Assembly (NCBI GenBank): GCA_012517255.1
Contig: JAAYVH010000002.1
Location: 6,137 to 70,136 of the forward strand
Length of the DNA stretch: 64,000 nucleotides
Source: Chthonomonadales bacterium
GTDB lineage: Bacteria > Armatimonadota > Chthonomonadetes > Chthonomonadales > CAJBBX01
Direction: 5' to 3'
Of the stretch, positions 27,864 to 36,852 are shown one piece after another. A model generated the notes under the pieces. The model was not told the origin of the DNA, ran no database searches, and saw only the letters and a program-made list of their open reading frames with translations. How positions within the stretch are numbered: position 1 is the stretch's first letter; the number at the start of each line of letters is the position of its first letter. The position numbers and the translations under genes are program-made.

Positions 27864-30623
27864 CTAACGCTCCCCCTCCTCGCCGCGATTCCTCAGCCAC
27901 TCGAAGAACCTCGGGTCATCGAGGCGCACCTCAGACGGCCTCTCCCGCCGCTTCTTGAAGTCGGGATCGAACGGGTCGAACGTCTCTTCCTCGCGGAACA
28001 CGCGACGGTCGGCTCCCACATGCTGATAGGGGGTGAAATCGGGCTTCATGGTCATCATGTCGGACAGATCGGTGGCCAGCGCGTCGAACATGTTGCTGGG
28101 CCCGAGGCCGAAAATCAGATAGATCGTCTTGATGATGCTCATGATGCTCCCGTGCACATGGGAGACGTATCCCCGCTTGGCGTAAGGACTGATGCAGAGC
28201 ACGTAGCTGCGATGGCGATCCACATGATCGTCGTCGCCGCCCGGATCGTCCTGGGTGACGAAGATCGCCATGTTTTTCCACTCAGGCAGATGCGTCAGGT
28301 ATTCGACGATCCTCCCAAGGGCGAGATCGTTGTCGGCCATATAGCTGCACACATACGGGTAGCCCTCGCTGGGTCTGGGGCCTGCGCCGTGATCGTTGCA
28401 GATGGCGATGTTCAGGAACCTGGGAATGCGGCCGCCGTTCGCCTTGCGGTACTTCTCGAGATCCTCCTTGAACCAGTCGGCGCGCGCGATGTCGGGGACA
28501 TTGGTGTTGTAGGCCGGAAAATCGAAGCACGAGTTGTCATAGAGGACCTTCGGCATCGGATAGTTGGCCTGATAGTAGGTTCCGGTTCGATTGGTCATCG
28601 GACCTTCGTCGGTTCGAGGCATCTCGTAGCCCTCGCCGTAGTTTCGGAACGATATGCCGCCCCGTTCGAGATGCTCCCACAGCGAGCCGTTCTCCAGGTA
28701 GTCCTCGGGTATCTGCGAGCCGTCCGATCCGAAGGAGACCAGCCGGCCCGGAGCGTCGTTGCGCGGGGCATAGTTCCATCCGGCATAGAACACGCGGGTA
28801 GTCCAGAGGCTCGGATACACGCCCACGAGCCAGCGATGGCCGTCGCCGCTCGCCTGCGGCTCCATATAGAAGCAGTCGGAGATGGCGAACTCGCGCGCCA
28901 GTTTGTGCTGGTTGGGCATGATGGGTATCCGCTCGGTCTTGCCGTTCTCGCGGATCCAGCCGCGCATGCCGAACTCGGCGTAGTCGGGATCGCCCTTGGC
29001 GTCGGGGAAATCGCCATAGATGCCGTCGAAGGTGTGGTTTTCCTTGGTGATGAACACCACGTACTTGATCTGATCGCTGGGCTTGCCGTGGACACGCGAG
29101 ATGGGGGCCTTTGGGAGGCGAGCCAGTTCGGAGGTCCGGTCGGCGATACCGTTATTGGCCAACACCTCCCGGGAGAGTCGAGCGAGCGTCGCGGCGCTCG
29201 GCGCCGGAGTCAGGTCTATCATGCCAGGCATATCCGACAGACCGTAGCGCTCATCTCCGGGCGTCCGCCTGTGCTTGGCTCCGCGCGGCCCTCTGCCGAT
29301 GCCCTTCTGCGTGGCGATGGCCAGCGAACGCCCGTCGGGCGTGACGGCGACGTGCGTCGGAAACCATCCTGTGGGGATATGCCCGATCACCGTGCGCTTC
29401 GCGGTGTCAATGACCGCCACCGCGTTGAGCCCGCTCTCGCACACATACAGACGCTTGCCGTCGCGGCTCATGGCCATACCCGACGGAATGACGCCCCGCA
29501 GACGGCGCACGAGCGGCGACGGCGTCAGGCGGATCGTGGCCACCGACTTCAGGGAGGCAGCGTCGAAGACCTGCACCGTGTCGTTGTTGGCGTTGCTGAC
29601 GTAGAGCCGATTGCCCCGGATCAGCAGCTCGTTCGGTGCGCTGCCACCGACAGCCTTCCCGCCGTCTGCCGGAGCGTGGATCAGAATGCCCGCCTTGGCG
29701 GCGGCGACCCGTTTCGGGTTCCTCGGGTCGCTCACGTCGTATTTCCAGACAGACTGGCCGTCGGGAACGTACGGACTGCCGAGCCCCGGCACATTGCGCC
29801 CCTCCATCCTCTTGCCGACCTCCGCTTCGCGGGACGGAAAGCCGAACGGCGGCTTGGACAGGCCTCGGGGATTGCCCTGGCCGGGATCGGGCGGGCCGAC
29901 AAGCGCATAGTTGAACAGGCCAATGTTGGCCACATAGACCGATCCGCCGTCGTCGGAGAGCGCAAGCGCGTAGGGCTGCCGGCCGGCCGGTACCGCCGCG
30001 AGCGTCTCGCGCTCGACGAGGTCGAAGGTCACCAAGCGCTGGTGCGCCGTATCCACTCCGAAGACGACCCGCTCGTCGGAGCGGACGGCGATGGCGTTGA
30101 TGTAGGTCGAGTTGAGCGAGTCGTCGTTGGCGGTGATCTCGACGGTGGGCTGCTGTTCTGCGACGACAAGCGGACCCGCTTCGCCGCGCTGCACGGGACG
30201 ATCCCATTCCGTCGCATCGAACACCAGCACGCCGCCCTGCTCGCCTCCGGCCACAATCAGACGCCGTGAGTCGCGCGTGAACACCGCAGACGGCGCCACC
30301 CCCCTCACCGGAATGACACGCGCGCCATGGTCGGGACGATGCGGAAGGGCATAGACCGCCAGCGCGTCGTCATAGATGCCCACCAGAGCTCTGCCGTCGG
30401 GCCGCACGATCACGCGCCACAGATTGTCGCCGGTGTAGAGCCGCTGCCCCTTCGGCGTCAGATACCTGCCGTTGGGCAGGATGGTTCGTCCGCCCGGAAC
30501 GACAACCGCCTGCTCGGTCAACGCCGGAGCGCGGAAGTAGGGCGTCCTCTGCCCCGCCGTCGGTAGCGGCAGCGAGAGGGCGGCTACCAGCATCACGCAG
30601 TATTTCATCACGCGACCATCCAT
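27864..30623 (-). CDS. bifunctional YVTN/YncE-type beta-propeller / phosphoesterase (PLC-AcpA family) protein
   Basis: Signal peptide (MDGRVMKYCVMLVAALSLPLPTAGQ), YVTN-type repeats (LYVSNANNDTVQVFD, LYVCESGLNAVAVID), then a phosphoesterase-family motif, KYVVFITKENHTFDGIYG. GAGGT lies 6 nt upstream of ATG 30623. ATG 30608 is an alternative start. Confidence 0.85.
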   Translation of the reverse strand: MDGRVMKYCVMLVAALSLPLPTAGQRTPYFRAPALTEQAVVVPGGRTILPNGRYLTPKGQRLYTGDNLWRVIVRPDGRALVGIYDDALAVYALPHRPDHGARVIPVRGVAPSAVFTRDSRRLIVAGGEQGGVLVFDATEWDRPVQRGEAGPLVVAEQQPTVEITANDDSLNSTYINAIAVRSDERVVFGVDTAHQRLVTFDLVERETLAAVPAGRQPYALALSDDGGSVYVANIGLFNYALVGPPDPGQGNPRGLSKPPFGFPSREAEVGKRMEGRNVPGLGSPYVPDGQSVWKYDVSDPRNPKRVAAAKAGILIHAPADGGKAVGGSAPNELLIRGNRLYVSNANNDTVQVFDAASLKSVATIRLTPSPLVRRLRGVIPSGMAMSRDGKRLYVCESGLNAVAVIDTAKRTVIGHIPTGWFPTHVAVTPDGRSLAIATQKGIGRGPRGAKHRRTPGDERYGLSDMPGMIDLTPAPSAATLARLSREVLANNGIADRTSELARLPKAPISRVHGKPSDQIKYVVFITKENHTFDGIYGDFPDAKGDPDYAEFGMRGWIRENGKTERIPIMPNQHKLAREFAISDCFYMEPQASGDGHRWLVGVYPSLWTTRVFYAGWNYAPRNDAPGRLVSFGSDGSQIPEDYLENGSLWEHLERGGISFRNYGEGYEMPRTDEGPMTNRTGTYYQANYPMPKVLYDNSCFDFPAYNTNVPDIARADWFKEDLEKYRKANGGRIPRFLNIAICNDHGAGPRPSEGYPYVCSYMADNDLALGRIVEYLTHLPEWKNMAIFVTQDDPGGDDDHVDRHRSYVLCISPYAKRGYVSHVHGSIMSIIKTIYLIFGLGPSNMFDALATDLSDMMTMKPDFTPYQHVGADRRVFREEETFDPFDPDFKKRRERPSEVRLDDPRFFEWLRNRGEEGER

Positions 30624-30721
30624 GTGCGAACCTCGAACGCAAGAGTTGGCTGCGCTTCGGCGAGACCACCCACAGTTAGCAGCGCTCTGACGGGCGGGCC
30701 ACGGGGCCGAACGCTGCCCAC

Positions 30722-30752
30722 ATTATACGGGCAGTTCGTGAAGTTCCTGCAA
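30722..30752 (-). promoter_or_regulatory. candidate promoter: TTGCAG-19 nt-TATAAT (minus strand)
   Basis: On the minus strand there is a perfect TATAAT (complement of 30722-30727) with TTGCAG (complement of 30747-30752) upstream. The 19-nt spacer is longer than ideal. The TATAAT sits in the loop of a CTGCCC/GGGCAG inverted repeat. The site is about 95 nt upstream of the start at 30623. Confidence 0.3.
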
Positions 30753-30769
30753 AGAGTGGTCAGGGCCGT

Positions 30770-31903
30770 TCAGCGCGGCATGTCGACGAGCCCGATCCTG
30801 TAGGTCCAGAGCCATTCGAAGTTCGGTGGCAGGGCGTCGTAGGCCCCGGCCCATGACACGCCGATCGTCAGGGCCTTGCCCGACGGCAGACGCCCCCAGA
30901 CGTCCTTCATGATCGCGGCATTATGGTTGCGCGGCCAACCGGTGCGTGCCGCGTCGAGCCTGCCGAGGATCTTCCATGTGCCGGCGCCCTTGCGCAGATC
31001 CTTCCATGGTATGGACATCAACGGCACGTCGGCCGAGATGAAGTCGGGGTGTCGCCCGTCGGACCGGACACGACCTTCGCCGACGAGGTACAGGATCCCA
31101 GCGCCTTCATCGAGAGCTACCCCGACGTTCATGATCGCGGGCAGTGCGCCGCCTCGCTCATCAAGGAGACCTTCGCTGGGCAGCGGCTTCGGCTCGCCAA
31201 TGACCGGCCCGCGATCCATGTCGGACAGGTCGGCCTCCACCATCATCTCGCCCCACACATCTTCGCCCCGCGAATAGAACACAAGCAGCTTGCCGCGCTT
31301 ATCCAGCGAGATCGCCGCGGGTTGCCCGACCCCCCAGTAGCGATAGACCGGCCAGGCAAAGTACTCGCCGACGACACCCGCCTCCGGCGCATCGGTGTAT
31401 CGGATGATGGGGTCCGGATAGCGGGTCCATGGGCCGTCGAGCGACTTCGCGAAGGCGACGCCCACCTGGTTATGCGTGGAGCTCTCGGCGTCGCAGCCGA
31501 GGTACAGCATCGCGTGAGTCCAGGTCTGACCGCGGAACCGGAAGCGGCCCGCGACGACTTCGGGATCGCACACGTGGCGGCTGTCCCAGGCGGTCCGCGG
31601 AGAGCCATGATCGAGCGCCACATCCTCAGGTCCCCACACCCACGTGCCCCCTCTGCGGGTCGCCTTGCGATGAAACAGGTAGTCGGTGATGTCTCCCGAC
31701 GTCTTGTTGGCGCAGTACCAGACATGCAGGGCATCGCGGGTTCGCACGAGGCACGGCGCGTAGTTGTAGACCCGCGCGTTCTCTGGCGGTTCGAACGCGG
31801 GACTGAGCCTCGTGCGGGCGTACGGCTCGGTCGCCGTCAGTAACGGGAGCATCAGGGCCATAGCGATCACCCTAGACGGGGAAAGGTTTGTACATCGGAA
31901 CAC
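30770..31903 (-). CDS. secreted beta-propeller protein, glycoside-hydrolase-like (GH43-type fold suspected; function uncertain)
   Basis: 377-aa ORF. The signal-peptide-like N-terminus (MFRCTNLSPSRVIAMALMLPLLTATEPYA) favours the start at 31903; ATG 31861 is an alternative. HVCDPEVV...AMLYLGCD...NQVGVAFAKSLDGPWTRYPDP resembles five-bladed-propeller GH repeats. By-eye call only. Confidence 0.6.
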   Translation of the reverse strand: MFRCTNLSPSRVIAMALMLPLLTATEPYARTRLSPAFEPPENARVYNYAPCLVRTRDALHVWYCANKTSGDITDYLFHRKATRRGGTWVWGPEDVALDHGSPRTAWDSRHVCDPEVVAGRFRFRGQTWTHAMLYLGCDAESSTHNQVGVAFAKSLDGPWTRYPDPIIRYTDAPEAGVVGEYFAWPVYRYWGVGQPAAISLDKRGKLLVFYSRGEDVWGEMMVEADLSDMDRGPVIGEPKPLPSEGLLDERGGALPAIMNVGVALDEGAGILYLVGEGRVRSDGRHPDFISADVPLMSIPWKDLRKGAGTWKILGRLDAARTGWPRNHNAAIMKDVWGRLPSGKALTIGVSWAGAYDALPPNFEWLWTYRIGLVDMPR

Positions 31904-33815
31904 GGAACAGAGTACCCGCGAGAGCGAGGCCGACGCACATGGCGTAGTCTCCCAGGATCAGACCGACGAAGAACGGCCGCGCCCTTTCGTAGAGCCGGAG
32001 CCCGCCAGCGCGCAAGATCAGCGACTTGACGATCAGCGCGATGAGCATGGGCATCCAGAACCACTCGAGCGACCACGTCTGCGCCATGACGAACCCGGCA
32101 GGATGAAGAGGCCACCAGAGCAGCCGCCGGTTGGCCGCAGACAGCGCAACCACCAGCAGGAATCCGAAACTCGCCGCGCTGAGATGCGGGATCTCCGGTC
32201 TCGGCATCGTGCCGTCGAGCAGGGAGCGCAAGTTGTCGAAGGCCAGTCTGCCCTGATAGGTGCGCCACTGGTCGGTCAGAGCCGTCGCTGCGCCATACCG
32301 ATAGTAAACATCGAGCGCCACCCACAGACTGGCCACGATGCTGAGCACCGATCCGACCGCGAGCGAGACCAACAGAGTTCGTCGCGATATGCCGCCGGCA
32401 TCTGCGATGCGCATGGCGTCCACGTAGGTCGGAAGGGCGTGGCCGCGAAAGTCGCCGAAGGAGAACCAGCGCAGGTATGCCAGGCCGACACCTTCCGGGA
32501 TGGGGGTGGCGGCTCCTCCCACTGCTCGCGCCCACCATGCCACGTCGTTGCCGGGGTTCCACAGGGGTCCGACCGCGGCACGGAGCCAGCCCAGCCCCAC
32601 CATGAAGAGCAGAAACAGCAGGAAGAACAGCACGCACACGTAGGGACGCAGTCCCAGCGCGATGCCGAACGCAACGAGGCCGCACGCCGACAGGCCGAGG
32701 CCGATCCATGCGCCCATGTCCTTTCTGCTCCTGAGGGAGCCCGCGAGCCAGAAACGGGCGCTCCACAGAACCATGATGACCAGTCCCAGCACCGCTCCTT
32801 GAGCCTGCTCGCCGGGATATGGAAAGCCGCCCGTACTGCCCGTCCCGCGGAGCCCCCATGCCTGCGCCCCCACTATCTCCAACTTGGATAGAGCGAAGAA
32901 GGCCACGCACGAGATGAGAATGTTCGTGGGAACAAGGGCGGCCACACCGATGGCGCACGGATAGAAGGTGAGCCAGAAGTTGCCGATGGCGTTCCACGGA
33001 GGCGGGAAGCTTCCGCCGAGATCCGTGGGCAAGACGCGGAGCTCGGGCACCGACGGGTAGGCATAGTGCAGAGCGTTGAGCGACTGCACGCCGGCCGCCA
33101 GCAGCGCGCCGGCGAGCATGGCAGAGCGGCCCTGACCGCCCGGCGCCGTGGCGGTCAGGGGAAGCTGCACGATCGGGAAGCTCAGCCGTTCCTGGTTGGC
33201 CCAGCGCGGATAGAAGATGTGAGCGAGGCAGTACTGGGCGACGAGCAGCAGGACGATGAAGCCGCTCCACGCCGCAACCGGACCGACCCAGGCCTGCCAC
33301 ACCTCAGGGGCATACAGGCTGGCCCGTCCCAGAAAGAAACCGCGCACGACCTCGGGCGATCTGGGCGCTACCCACGAGGGAATGGCGGGGATGAACTCAT
33401 CCCACCGGTTGGAGCCGTCGCGGAACCAGAATGGCGCCGCCAGCGACGTGATGAGAAACTGCACCATCCCCATCGTGGAGATGCCGGCCGTGGCCGCAAC
33501 CGCCGCATAGACGAGCAGAATGAAGCGCCGATCCATGCGCGGCAACACGACCCGAAGCAGCAAGAGCGCGAGCAGGGCTCCGACTGCCGCCAAACTCAGG
33601 GCATTCGAGGCGAGGTCGGCTGAATGGTAGAGGATCTCGCTGCGGAAGACCCAGATGCACACCAGCGGCGCGGCGAGGATCGCCGCTACCGCCGCTGCAG
33701 CCTGAGGCGCCCCACGCCGCGCCACGCGGGAATGGCCCCGATCGCCGAGCGCGCTGTCGTGCCCCGGACTATCAGCGTCCAACGCACCGATGCGCAAGAT
33801 CGGACCACAGAGCAT
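31872..33815 (-). CDS. polytopic integral membrane protein, unknown function (possible transporter)
   Basis: 647-aa ORF with many hydrophobic helices (for example LAAVGALLALLLLRVVLP, LLVYAAVAATAGISTMGMVQFLITSLAAPFWF, VCVLFFLLFLLFMVGLGWL). The alternative-frame and antisense ORFs at the same locus are Arg/Pro-rich shadow ORFs. The start is uncertain (44-nt overlap with the upstream gene; in-frame GTG at 33725). Confidence 0.75.
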   Translation of the reverse strand: MLCGPILRIGALDADSPGHDSALGDRGHSRVARRGAPQAAAAVAAILAAPLVCIWVFRSEILYHSADLASNALSLAAVGALLALLLLRVVLPRMDRRFILLVYAAVAATAGISTMGMVQFLITSLAAPFWFRDGSNRWDEFIPAIPSWVAPRSPEVVRGFFLGRASLYAPEVWQAWVGPVAAWSGFIVLLLVAQYCLAHIFYPRWANQERLSFPIVQLPLTATAPGGQGRSAMLAGALLAAGVQSLNALHYAYPSVPELRVLPTDLGGSFPPPWNAIGNFWLTFYPCAIGVAALVPTNILISCVAFFALSKLEIVGAQAWGLRGTGSTGGFPYPGEQAQGAVLGLVIMVLWSARFWLAGSLRSRKDMGAWIGLGLSACGLVAFGIALGLRPYVCVLFFLLFLLFMVGLGWLRAAVGPLWNPGNDVAWWARAVGGAATPIPEGVGLAYLRWFSFGDFRGHALPTYVDAMRIADAGGISRRTLLVSLAVGSVLSIVASLWVALDVYYRYGAATALTDQWRTYQGRLAFDNLRSLLDGTMPRPEIPHLSAASFGFLLVVALSAANRRLLWWPLHPAGFVMAQTWSLEWFWMPMLIALIVKSLILRAGGLRLYERARPFFVGLILGDYAMCVGLALAGTLFRVPMYKPFPV

Positions 33816-34644
33816 CGACGTCTATGTGCGTGATCCACCGCATCTCACCCGCCGACTCCGAGCGATCGAAGCTCAAATCCGGACGAAGGACAGGCCGACC
33901 GGACGAGACCCACTGCGTCATTCCCAGCAGGTGCGCGACAACGATCTCGTCCCAGACCGGCCATGTGTCATCCTGACCGGTCACGAGACGGGCGACCTCG
34001 CCATTCGCGTCCAGCCATGTCGTGAGGATCCCGGCGAGGTACTGCCCGATGTCGCCTCTGCCGTCAAGGAGCGCTGAGGCTTTGGCCGGGGTCAGGCACA
34101 GCCACTCCTTGCAGACCGACGCGTCGCCGACGGTCAGGGGAACGCTCGATCCCAGAATGGCGCGCCACGCATTCGGGTCGTTTTTGACGTTCCATTCGTC
34201 GCCGCCAAGATCGCGCCCCTGAAACCCCATGGCGACCACCTCGATGCAATCCACGACGTCGGGCGCTGCGATGAGCGCCGAGGCGACATCCGTGGCTGCG
34301 CCGATGGCCAGGAGCGCCAGCCGACCGTCGGAGCAAGCACGCGCCTCTTCGACGATCCGCTCAACTCCGGCATTGACCAGAGGAGAAGAGACATCCTGCA
34401 ACGGTGTGCTCGAGCCGGGGATCACGTCCACGCCGGTTCCGCCCGGCAGGTGCTCCAGAACGGCCTTGGCATCCGCGGCTGAGGCCTCGGCGGCCGGGCT
34501 CGGCAGATTGGGTGCGTGGGTTGTCACGACGGCGCGCAACTCGATGCTCGGGCTGAGAAACAGATGGGCAAGCGCCCACTGGTCATCCATCTCGGTGCCG
34601 CAATCGGTGGTCAAGACGACGCGCCGTCTCTCGGGTCCGGTCAT
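33772..34644 (-). CDS. nucleoside hydrolase (IUNH family)
   Basis: N-terminal aspartate cluster VVLTTDCGTEMDDQWALAHL (DxxxxxDD signature), 290 aa, AGAGGT SD 8 nt upstream. Confidence 0.85.
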   Translation of the reverse strand: MTGPERRRVVLTTDCGTEMDDQWALAHLFLSPSIELRAVVTTHAPNLPSPAAEASAADAKAVLEHLPGGTGVDVIPGSSTPLQDVSSPLVNAGVERIVEEARACSDGRLALLAIGAATDVASALIAAPDVVDCIEVVAMGFQGRDLGGDEWNVKNDPNAWRAILGSSVPLTVGDASVCKEWLCLTPAKASALLDGRGDIGQYLAGILTTWLDANGEVARLVTGQDDTWPVWDEIVVAHLLGMTQWVSSGRPVLRPDLSFDRSESAGEMRWITHIDVDALWSDLAHRCVGR

Positions 34645-34654
34645 CTACGTACCT

Positions 34655-34867
34655 CTATCTGGGTTGTTGCTGCATTCGCTTGAGCTGCTCTGGAGTGACC
34701 GGCAACTGACCCGACTGAGCGCGGCGTCGAAACTCCTCGCGCATCTGCTCGGTTGTCACGCCGGCCCCCTCCGTGGCCTTGCCCGACCAATAGAACAAGA
34801 ACCCCACGATCGCGACGACCACCACAATGACGACGACGAACACTGCGGGCGGAATCTCCCGTTTCAT
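34655..34867 (-). CDS. small single-pass membrane protein (70 aa), unknown function
   Basis: MKREIPPAVFVVVIVVVVAIVGFLFYW is a TM helix, followed by a charged tail. GAGGGGA lies 9 nt upstream of the ATG. The stop is 10 nt before the nucleoside hydrolase start. Confidence 0.6.
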   Translation of the reverse strand: MKREIPPAVFVVVIVVVVAIVGFLFYWSGKATEGAGVTTEQMREEFRRRAQSGQLPVTPEQLKRMQQQPR

Positions 34868-34893
34868 GGTGAAGTCCCCTCACGGTTTGGCGC

Positions 34894-34928
34894 CCGGTGA
34901 CCGCGCCGCGGACCGACGCGGCCACCGG
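34894..34928 (-). terminator. GC-rich hairpin between the pseudopilin gene and the small membrane-protein gene (attenuator/terminator or RNA-processing site candidate)
   Basis: CCGGTGACCGCG (34894-34905) pairs with CGCGGCCACCGG (34917-34928), 11 of 12 bp, with an 11-nt loop. No U-tract follows on the minus strand. Confidence 0.25.
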
Positions 34929-34941
34929 CTGCCGACATGCG

Positions 34942-35724
34942 CTAGCGGAAGCAGGGCGGAATCGAGTTCAGGAGGCCATCCATGGTGAAAGCGGGCTGGC
35001 CTGGCGGAACGGTGGCATCATTGTCCCACAGAAACTCGGGAGCCAGTGTCGCCTGGATACGCAGCCACTTGACGTGACCATCAATGAACCCCCAGTTGCC
35101 TGCCTTGTTGTGGAAGCAGCCGATACCCCCATAGCCGTCGCCAAAGTCCCATGGAATGGTCCATGCCTCCATGTCGGGCCACGGATCGCGCGTCTCAAGG
35201 ATCGAGATGATGGAGGCCGGCTTCTGGAAGTAGGCGAGCGCGAGCCGCTGATCATACCAGTTCCAGTGTCCGTTCGCCGCGTAGTTGGCCAGTCCCTTCC
35301 ATCGTCTGGGATTGGCGTTGAAGTCCTCGAGGGTCATCGTAACGTCCGCGATGCACCCACGTCCTCCGATGAACGGCGAGCCCATCACTTCGGGCCACCA
35401 GAACTCGTTCAGTCGGCGGGGCGCCGACGGGCAGTGCCATATCTGTTCACTCTTGATGTACGGCTGCACTGCCCAGCGCCACGTGTAGTAGTAGAGCTCC
35501 GTGTCCCATCCGAACCGCCGGTTGATCGGAAGGGTTTCATCGTAGTCCTGCGCATACATGAGCAGACCCAGATTGATCTGCTTCATGTTGCTAACGCAGG
35601 AGATCGCGCGCGCCTTCTCACGGGCCTGCGCGAATACCGGGAAGAGGATCGCCGCGAGGATCGCGATGATCGCGATGACGACAAGCAGTTCGATCAGCGT
35701 GAAGCCGCGAAGCCGACGTGCCAT
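34942..35724 (-). CDS. type II secretion pseudopilin-like protein: prepilin N-terminal cleavage/methylation domain plus H-X9-DG (DUF1559) domain
   Basis: I moved the start to ATG 35724 (AAGGAGG upstream). [39 protein letters not shown] is a prepilin leader plus methylation motif. The C-terminal [14 protein letters not shown] matches H-x9-DG exactly. Confidence 0.92.
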   Translation of the reverse strand: MARRLRGFTLIELLVVIAIIAILAAILFPVFAQAREKARAISCVSNMKQINLGLLMYAQDYDETLPINRRFGWDTELYYYTWRWAVQPYIKSEQIWHCPSAPRRLNEFWWPEVMGSPFIGGRGCIADVTMTLEDFNANPRRWKGLANYAANGHWNWYDQRLALAYFQKPASIISILETRDPWPDMEAWTIPWDFGDGYGGIGCFHNKAGNWGFIDGHVKWLRIQATLAPEFLWDNDATVPPGQPAFTMDGLLNSIPPCFR

Positions 35725-35747
35725 GGATTGTCCTCCTTGTGGCATGG

Positions 35748-36821
35748 TCATGGGTTGCCCCATCGGTGAGACGCGTTACGGGTTACCGCGTGTGGAGCGG
35801 TTGTGGTGTTTCGCGGTACGAGCTGGACCGGCAGGACGATGTGGTCTGGCGCAAGGTCCGGAGCGTTCAGTCGCTGCAACAGCCGCTCGGCAGAGCGCCG
35901 ACCCATGGAGACGGGATCCTGGTGGATGGTGGTGATACCGAGCAGATGTCCGGCCGCAGTGTCGCCATATCCGGCAACGGACAGCTCGTCGGGTACGGCG
36001 ATGCTCGCTTCGCGCGCTGCGGCGATGCATTCGGCGGCGAGGTCGTCGTTGGCGCAGAAGACCGCAGTGGGCCGCGGCGAAACCTCCATCAGGCTGCGTA
36101 AGGCAGCCCGCACTTCCTCGGAGGACATGAAGTAGGACGTGCCAGTGAGCAGTCGCGGGTCAGGCTCCAATCCTGCTCCCCGCAGGGCCTCCTCATATCC
36201 AGCGCGCCTGCTGCGTGCCGAGCTCATGGCATCCCCGGCGCCAAGGTGCGCGATCCGCCGGTGGCCCAGCGCAATGAGATGCTCGACGATGAGGCGGGCG
36301 CCTTGCTCGTCGCTCGTGGTCACGCAGTCCACGATGCCGGCGGCTGAGTGATCATCCACCACCACCATGGCGACGCCGTCATTGGTGAGGCCCAGCGCCC
36401 ACGCGCGCAGCTCCTCCAGCGGGACATCGTCGAAGAGCGCGACCGAGATCAGGCCGTCCACACGGTGCTGCAGCAGAAGCTCAACTTCACGGCTCTCGTC
36501 CGCAAACCGGTGCTCAGAGTCCGCCAGTAGCATGCGCCGGCCCTCCGTACGCAGAACGCCTTGAATGCCATGAACCACGGCGGCATGGAAGCTGCTGTCC
36601 AAACGAGGCACGATCACGCCGACCGTCTGCGTGCGCCCGCGCACGAGCCCGCGCACGAGCCCGTTCGGACGGTAGCCCAGCTCTCGGGCAGCATTGAGGA
36701 CCCGTTCGCGGGTTTCCTCCGGGATCGCAATGTTCTTGCGTCGGTTGAGCACCAGCGAGACGGTGGTCAACGAGACCCCCGCCATCGCCGCGACGTCCTT
36801 GCCCGTAGCTCGTCGTCTCAT
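35748..36821 (-). CDS. LacI-family transcriptional regulator
   Basis: N-terminal [52 protein letters not shown], followed by a periplasmic-binding-fold sugar-sensor domain. 357 aa. Confidence 0.92.
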   Translation of the reverse strand: MRRRATGKDVAAMAGVSLTTVSLVLNRRKNIAIPEETRERVLNAARELGYRPNGLVRGLVRGRTQTVGVIVPRLDSSFHAAVVHGIQGVLRTEGRRMLLADSEHRFADESREVELLLQHRVDGLISVALFDDVPLEELRAWALGLTNDGVAMVVVDDHSAAGIVDCVTTSDEQGARLIVEHLIALGHRRIAHLGAGDAMSSARSRRAGYEEALRGAGLEPDPRLLTGTSYFMSSEEVRAALRSLMEVSPRPTAVFCANDDLAAECIAAAREASIAVPDELSVAGYGDTAAGHLLGITTIHQDPVSMGRRSAERLLQRLNAPDLAPDHIVLPVQLVPRNTTTAPHAVTRNASHRWGNP

Positions 36822-36825
36822 CGGA

Positions 36826-36852
36826 GTAAAGTAGGTTACTAAACTACTTCAC
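36826..36852. promoter_or_regulatory. 27-bp imperfect palindrome (operator candidate) overlapping the -10 and predicted TSS of the lacI-family gene promoter
   Basis: GTAAAGTAGGTTA-C-TAAACTACTTCAC has 11 of 13 arm positions complementary around the central C at 36839. It spans from the -10 box to about 5 nt before the start codon. Confidence 0.4.

Noticed and set aside
27780-30269. 829-aa plus-strand ORF
   Set aside because: Antisense to the YVTN-propeller/phosphoesterase gene, which has ENHTFD and YVTN motifs and a signal peptide. Shadow-ORF composition and no SD.
30624-30769. The larger intergenic gaps (this one, plus 5931-6110, 38948-39115 and 14264-14478) inspected for tRNA, small RNA or riboswitch signatures
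   Set aside because: I could recognise no cloverleaf-compatible arms or a T-loop (GTTCGAATC-like) motif, and no conserved riboswitch cores. By-eye inspection cannot exclude a novel sRNA, so tRNAscan-SE or Infernal should be run.
31812-33300. Alternative ORFs at the membrane-protein locus (31812-32891 plus strand, 359 aa; 31867-33300 minus strand, 477 aa)
   Set aside because: The 647-aa frame (31872-33815) shows regular hydrophobic helices. The alternatives are Arg/Pro/Gly/His-rich and lack TM periodicity or motifs.
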